Of a DNA stretch of 64,000 nucleotides, positions 63,001 to 64,000 are shown one piece after another. Every line of letters begins with the position of its first letter. Within the stretch, counting starts at the first letter, position 1. The stretch comes from Eledone cirrhosa (lineage: Eukaryota), in contig OZ024740.1 of the NCBI GenBank assembly GCA_964016885.1, forward strand, positions 419,182,001 to 419,246,000, read 5' to 3'. Both the position numbers and the translations under genes were made by a program. Under the pieces are notes generated by a model. It worked only from the letters and a program-made list of their open reading frames with translations, ran no database searches and was not told the origin of the DNA.

Positions 63001-63076
63001 ATTTTTCCTTCCTCAAATGAGTGAGAACCAAGTGCTCAATATAATATCAAAGGCCCAAGAATTTGAACCGATTAAA
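36107..63076 (+). CDS. ASCC3: ASCC3 (activating signal cointegrator 1 complex subunit 3, Ski2-like DExH helicase), first 18 coding exons (1025 codons); gene continues beyond the window
   Basis: N-terminus [14 protein letters not shown] resembles the recalled ASCC3 start (LPRLTGALRSFSNV), which distinguishes it from SNRNP200/Brr2. Other motifs: [10 protein letters not shown], motif [32 protein letters not shown], motif [31 protein letters not shown], motif [14 protein letters not shown]. All 17 introns are GT-AG with consistent phase. Confidence 0.97.
37452..38026 (+). CDS. ASCC3: ASCC3 exon
   Basis: tttatag| ... gat|gtaagt; [27 protein letters not shown]. Confidence 0.92.
39092..39212 (+). 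CDS. ASCC3: ASCC3 exon
   Basis: ttctag| [20 protein letters not shown] ... |gtaagt. Confidence 0.9.
40252..40310 (+). CDS. ASCC3: ASCC3 exon
   Basis: ctgcag| ...[11 protein letters not shown] |gtattt. Confidence 0.9.
40754..40878 (+). CDS. ASCC3: ASCC3 exon
   Basis: ttatag| [17 protein letters not shown]...FDPAEMRAQ |gtaggt. Confidence 0.92.
41272..41590 (-). mobile_element. CR1 LINE 3' fragment (single 3'UTR)
   Basis: Matches the ORF2 end and 3'UTR of the 15-kb element; another fragment follows at about 41665-41850. Confidence 0.85.
42285..43197 (-). mobile_element. CR1 LINE 3' fragment (about 900 bp)
   Basis: ORFs 42442-42735 and 42824-43240 are near-identical to the C-terminus of the 15-kb RT. 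Confidence 0.92.
43321..43465 (+). CDS. ASCC3: ASCC3 exon
   Basis: cttcag| EAALL...[22 protein letters not shown] |gtatgt. Confidence 0.9.
43553..43912 (-). mobile_element. CR1 LINE 3' fragment with doubled 3'UTR
   Basis: Near-identical to 15004-15370; ends about 30 nt before the ASCC3 acceptor at 43940. Confidence 0.9.
43941..44066 (+). CDS. ASCC3: ASCC3 exon
   Basis: taacag| [21 protein letters not shown]...DDLDE |gtaaag. Confidence 0.92.
44511..44711 (+). CDS. ASCC3: ASCC3 exon (Q motif and Walker A)
   Basis: ttttag| ...LNRIQS...[14 protein letters not shown]...QFK |gtaggt. Confidence 0.95.
45452..46833 (+). mobile_element. Head-to-tail array of 7 Meta-type SINE copies
   Basis: Units start at about 45452, 45662, 45857 (5'-truncated), 45997, 46222, 46416 and 46642, separated by (ATT)n. 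Confidence 0.9.
46874..47014 (+). CDS. ASCC3: ASCC3 exon (motif Ia)
   Basis: cttcag| [14 protein letters not shown]...ELTGDMQL...TQ |gtaagt. Confidence 0.95.
47100..47425 (-). mobile_element. Young tRNA-derived SINE with CORE-like block
   Basis: tRNA head tggcttagtggttagagca...gagttcaattc, CORE-like ccttgagcaagacactttatttcac, 3' ggtgttaggaagggcatccagctgtagaaa. Near-identical copies at 51478-51812 (+) and 61186-61516 (-, with ttac[c/t]taggtt target-site duplication). Confidence 0.85.
47464..47940. mobile_element. pogo/Tigger-like non-autonomous DNA transposon
   Basis: TA|CTGTATATAATCGAATATAA ... TTATATTTGAGTATATACTACGG|TA. Confidence 0.6.
48134..48298 (+). CDS. ASCC3: ASCC3 exon (motif Ib, DEVH)
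   Basis: tcttag| [15 protein letters not shown]...IIDEVHLLH...RTLRQ |gtaagt. Confidence 0.95.
50137..50807. mobile_element. TTAA-flanked (piggyBac-type) MITE, second family, with internal duplication
   Basis: TTAA|CCCTTTTGTTACC ... GGTATGAGAAGGG|TTAA; 50190-50320 is repeated at 50570-50700. Related copy at about 59330-59570. Confidence 0.7.
50849..51005 (+). CDS. ASCC3: ASCC3 exon (motif III SAT)
   Basis: atttag| [20 protein letters not shown]...[17 protein letters not shown] |gtaaag. Confidence 0.95.
51117..51283 (+). repeat. About 29-bp degenerate tandem repeat (tctaggattgaaacacttatgtataata) x5-6
   Basis: Directly visible. Confidence 0.85.
51820..52570 (-). mobile_element. CR1 LINE 3' fragment (older subfamily)
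   Basis: ORF 51934-52380 [16 protein letters not shown]...AWNKLP. Confidence 0.9.
52887..52978 (+). CDS. ASCC3: ASCC3 exon
   Basis: aattag| (G)[30 protein letters not shown] |gtaatt. Confidence 0.92.
53046..53330 (-). mobile_element. RTE-clade LINE 3' fragment
   Basis: [18 protein letters not shown]...[16 protein letters not shown]. Confidence 0.85.
53447..53569 (+). CDS. ASCC3: ASCC3 exon (motif IV)
   Basis: ttatag| [15 protein letters not shown]...GLS |gtacgt; 3' boundary inferred from phase. Confidence 0.88.
54360..54942 (+). mobile_element. CR1 LINE 3' fragment containing a 61-bp internal tandem expansion
   Basis: ttttcacgctcagagttgctgaagcatgg... then six 61-bp units, 3'UTR and (ATT)n tail. 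Confidence 0.9.
54385..54752 (+). repeat. 61-bp tandem repeat x6 derived from the CR1 ORF2 end
   Basis: Register shifts by one base per 60-nt line from 54421 to 54721. Confidence 0.95.
55044..55235 (+). CDS. ASCC3: ASCC3 exon (motifs IVa/V)
   Basis: ttgcag| ...[12 protein letters not shown]...[19 protein letters not shown] |gtaaat. Confidence 0.95.
56424..56648 (+). CDS. ASCC3: ASCC3 exon (motif VI)
   Basis: ctacag| [10 protein letters not shown]...[12 protein letters not shown]...DNLNAE |gtaggt. Confidence 0.95.
56734..56792 (+). repeat. (GGT)n microsatellite followed by poly-G
   Basis: Directly visible. Confidence 0.97.
57602..58079 (+). mobile_element. Non-autonomous Helitron
   Basis: A|TC start, 3' hairpin ctagcagaaaactacc-tgaa-gggtggtttttctgctag, CTAG|T end; CpG retained. 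Confidence 0.7.
58200..58319 (+). CDS. ASCC3: ASCC3 exon (winged-helix region)
   Basis: ttctag| [34 protein letters not shown]... |gtaatt. Confidence 0.95.
58578..58990 (-). mobile_element. CR1 LINE 3' fragment
   Basis: ORF 58745-58942 ...[12 protein letters not shown]...; 3'UTR hairpin. Confidence 0.88.
59700..59885 (+). repeat. About 31-bp tandem repeat (atataggactacattactcaatatgaccttc) x6
   Basis: Directly visible. Confidence 0.88.
60044..60818 (-). mobile_element. Non-autonomous Helitron with (GTCT)/(GT)n near the 5' end and internal duplications
   Basis: Minus strand A|TCTATATATATAAAA...CTAG|T; the motif cctaatgcgggccctagg recurs at about 60221, 60377 and 60653. Confidence 0.75.
60923..61087 (+). 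CDS. ASCC3: ASCC3 exon
   Basis: ttgcag| EDPNL...[19 protein letters not shown] |gtaatg. Confidence 0.95.
62990..63076 (+). CDS. ASCC3: ASCC3 exon (Sec63 region start)
   Basis: tttcag| TVNEFF...[11 protein letters not shown] |gtaatt. Confidence 0.9.
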
Positions 63077-63143
63077 GTAATTTTCTATCTTGCAAAATGA
63101 TTTCATAGATAAATTCTTTTTATGGTTATTATTTTATTACTGA

Positions 63144-63536
63144 CTAGCTGGTCCTGTGCCATCAAAAATGACGGCTAATTGTAATATTTATACATAATAT
63201 AAAAAAGAGATGTTTGTTTGTTGGTTCGTTCCTTCGTGCTCACTCACACAAGTGATACAAACACGACTGTGACGAATCTTAGAACGCTGGACTTCTATAG
63301 TTACTCACCCCACTCCTTCCTCAGTCATTACATAGATGTGTGTGTATGTAATAATAATTTTTTCTAAGTGTGTCTGTTATATATATGTATGTGTAGATCC
63401 ATGTGTTTGTAATTCTATTGCCTATGTCTAAAATCCGCCCCCCCCCCTCCTTCCTCAGTCGATGTCATCACCCCTTCCTTCCTCAGTCATCTCTACTGCA
63501 TTATGGACAAATACACAAGACTATTATATTAGTAGA
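63144..63536 (-). mobile_element. Non-autonomous Helitron
   Basis: Minus strand A|TCTACTAATATAATAG... hairpin gccgtca-tttt-tgatggc ... CTAG|T. Confidence 0.75.
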
Positions 63537-63887
63537 TTGAGAATGGTGATGAAATGGCAGTATCAGTAGAGCTTCAGAAAATACTGAGACTATTTTGTCA
63601 ATAATTCTTACACATGGCTTTTGCCCTTTTTAAGCTGTGCATTTATTAATAAAACGGCATCCATTTTTTTTATCACATCATTTAAACTGCATTAAATGTA
63701 TTGTTTGGTTACACTACTTACATAATAGAGTATGTCTTACATTACTACTATTGCTGATACTACTTCTGGTGTTGTTGCTGCTGCTGCTGCTGCTACTACC
63801 ACTACAACCACTACAACAACCACCACCACCACCACCATCAGAAACTATAAAATGTCTATTTTGCACCTTCCAGAGTCACTTTTAGGT

Positions 63888-64000
63888 ATTGTATTATGGT
63901 ATAAGACAGAATTGTATTATGGTATAAGACAGAATTGTATTATGGTATAAGACAGAATTGTATTATGGTATAAGACAGAATTGTATTATGGTATAAGACA
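63888..64000 (+). repeat. 23-bp perfect tandem repeat (ttgtattatggtataagacagaa), runs off the window end
   Basis: About 5 units visible. Confidence 0.92.

Overview
This is AT-rich eukaryotic genomic DNA, not prokaryotic. The SINE/LINE repertoire suggests an octopod cephalopod, but that is inference. It carries two intron-rich genes on the + strand, both assembled by hand with GT-AG junctions and consistent phases. (1) The last 9 coding exons of SCAP (SREBP cleavage-activating protein, C-terminal WD40 region; 2590-13872, ending ...FPTILEKND*). (2) The first 18 coding exons of the Ski2-like helicase ASCC3 (36107-63076, 1025 codons, continuing past the window). Between them lie a nearly complete but frameshifted CR1-clade LINE (about 15004-18566, minus strand), a CpG-retaining putative ASCC3 promoter/5'UTR region (about 23-26 kb) and a 7.7-kb array of about 200 copies of a G-rich 38-bp unit that ends about 280 bp before the ASCC3 start codon. 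The introns are packed with tRNA-derived SINEs, CR1/RTE/R4-Dong fragments, TTAA- and TA-flanked MITEs and non-autonomous Helitrons. The least expected signals are a covarying minimal hammerhead-ribozyme-like motif (U3-A8 core variant) in sense and antisense copies on either side of one SCAP exon, a cluster of four palindromes (three loop-less) around the first ASCC3 coding exon, a tRNA-derived fold-back SINE family, and minisatellites born from SINE and LINE sequence. All homology statements come from recall; no database search or folding computation was run.
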